From contig CAVXTM010000011.1 in assembly GCA_963764725.1 (NCBI GenBank), positions 256,001 through 320,000 on the forward strand: a stretch of 64,000 bases of DNA, given 5' to 3'. The position numbers and the translations under genes were made by a program. Below are positions 62,609-64,000 of the stretch, in pieces (position 1 is the first letter of the stretch; each line of letters begins with the position of its first letter). Origin of the DNA: an uncultured Gammaproteobacteria bacterium (lineage in GTDB: Bacteria > Pseudomonadota > Gammaproteobacteria > JACCXJ01). The notes beneath the pieces were generated by a model, which was not told the origin of the DNA, ran no database searches, and saw nothing but the letters and a program-made list of their open reading frames with translations.

Positions 62609-63116
62609 CTGAGGGATCTTCACGAAATATTGGCGTCGAGCGCAGTCGTTATGATTCAAGGTTCGGGACTCTGGCGTTACGCAGTGGGATGCTTTGCCAG
62701 GCGATGCATAATTCGACGGCTGTAATAGTGATCCTGCGCCCGCTAATAGATCTGTACCACTCTATGGGCGAGTTTGTGGCCAGCCAAAATCCATGGCTCG
62801 CGCGCTGCTCGGGCAACCTTCTCGCTACGCTGACTGCGTGAGCGCTTGCCGTAGCGGTTGATTTCATGGCGCCCCTTGGCCTTGCCTTTGTAGATCACCA
62901 GTTGGCAGACATGGCCTGACTACGGGCCAACCGCACTTCGCCCAAGGCCCGGGGTGTGGCACTCGCCTGTGAGTGCAGCGAGTTAACCGATATCCACTCG
63001 CTCCAGTGACATGTGTAATACCTGATTGCGTCGCCACGCGTCGAGATCGGACCAATCAACCAGTAGCACCGGATGTTCCTGCTGTCCCACCAACCGTTGC
63101 GCCAGCACTCCATACA
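62609..63116 (-). mobile_element. Internally deleted IS4-family (IS10-like) element
   Basis: Fragments HPVLLVDWSDL and QLVIYKGKAKGRH...AREPW in broken frames; IS10-like end CTGAGGGATCTTCACGAA at 62609-62626. Confidence 0.72.
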
Positions 63117-63207
63117 TCGAAGGTTCGGATTGCAGGTGCGGGTTTGGCCGTGCTTTTTGCGCACGTAAAGGTTAAGGGCCAGGCTCGAAATACCGGCTAA
63201 GGTTTGT

Positions 63208-63918
63208 TCACCATTGGCGTCCCCATTTATAAGCCCAGCCCACATATTCGGCCAACCCCTGCAAATCGGGGAACAAGGAGGCACGGTTGTGGCCAAGACG
63301 GTCAACGATTAGCCGCAGTTCGAAACACGGCCGCCCGCGAGGAAAAACCCATTTCTGCAAATCCGCGGGCTGATACTGGGTAGATGGACACGGGTGCACC
63401 GTAAACACACTACGCTGAACCTGGATCCGGGGGCTAATATGTGGAGGAAGGTACGTCTTTACATCCGTGATTGTGGCGAATGGTTTTTGCTCTTCCTCTG
63501 CGCTTACCACAGGAGGTGCCTTGAGAACGTATACCGCTGGCTCGCCAACGGTTCCGGATTTCTCCATCGCAAAGTACGTTGCGATCAGCGGACTTTCCGT
63601 CCAATCCAAAATCCTCGCTGGCGCTCCGTGGTGTTGCGCAACAGCAAGCCACTCTAGATCGGACTTCGGTTCGAACTTTAGAAACGGTCGCGCCGTTCGC
63701 TTAAACATCTCAAGCGCCCGTATTTCCTCCTCCTGGGAATGGGGCAACGCCTGTCCATCCGCTGGATTCCTTCGGGCATCAGGCCGACCGATCTTGGGCA
63801 CTAGGCCATGCTCCGATGTCGTTACTCCGCGGAAGAGCCACGCGTATCCTGGCGTCTTCTCGATCTCCTCGATGAGACGGGACAGCTCGGCCCAGTTGCT
63901 GACGCGAATTTGCTTCAT
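63208..63918 (-). CDS. FRG domain-containing protein
   Basis: WLFRG, LVPKIGR, AQHHGAPARILDWT, PRIQVQRSVF, LFPDL. Confidence 0.92.
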   Translation of the reverse strand: MKQIRVSNWAELSRLIEEIEKTPGYAWLFRGVTTSEHGLVPKIGRPDARRNPADGQALPHSQEEEIRALEMFKRTARPFLKFEPKSDLEWLAVAQHHGAPARILDWTESPLIATYFAMEKSGTVGEPAVYVLKAPPVVSAEEEQKPFATITDVKTYLPPHISPRIQVQRSVFTVHPCPSTQYQPADLQKWVFPRGRPCFELRLIVDRLGHNRASLFPDLQGLAEYVGWAYKWGRQW

Positions 63919-64000
63919 ATTGCACAGTGCCGAATAAGCCGCAGCGAAACCTAACGAGGGAAGCGGGGTTACTTCAGGTCTCGACTTATCAGTTTGCGTA

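Overview
Chromosomal window from a high-GC Gammaproteobacterium. The backbone is housekeeping: aas; ntrC-ntrB-DUF4124-glnA; lysA-lptM; rhlB/trxA/rho; sat; tesA-ybbAP; pgeF-rluD/bamD; nadE-sucDC; pilSR-pilA; suhB/trmJ; purM/DUF2066-hda; wrbA-arsC; proS; ilvIHC-pssA-leuA; udg-rimI; bamC-dapA/gcvR-bcp-phoH. Four accessory patches interrupt it. (1) At 18.9-23.6 kb is an integrase-less integron: an attI-like site, then three gene cassettes whose ends are 11-12/12 complementary. The cassettes carry a TM/coiled-coil protein, a Zn-ribbon plus HEPN-like protein, and a two-gene ComF-type PRTase + SLOG module, which is the best candidate here for an uncharacterised defence/TA system. Where intI should be there is an unexplained duplicated ~200-bp non-coding element split by a MITE. 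(2) The pilA hotspot holds decayed TA genes, two DUF1640 genes, Uma2 and tfpZ. (3) A 4.3-kb islet is bracketed by a 73-bp duplication of the pssA 3' end and contains an IS91-like fragment. (4) An IS4/IS10-like remnant and an FRG gene lie at the right end. Also seen: a frameshifted ntrB, sigma54 and NtrC sites, a Pro/Leu-rich leader ORF before leuA, and repeated leaderless-mRNA signatures. All calls come from reading the sequence; no database searches were run.
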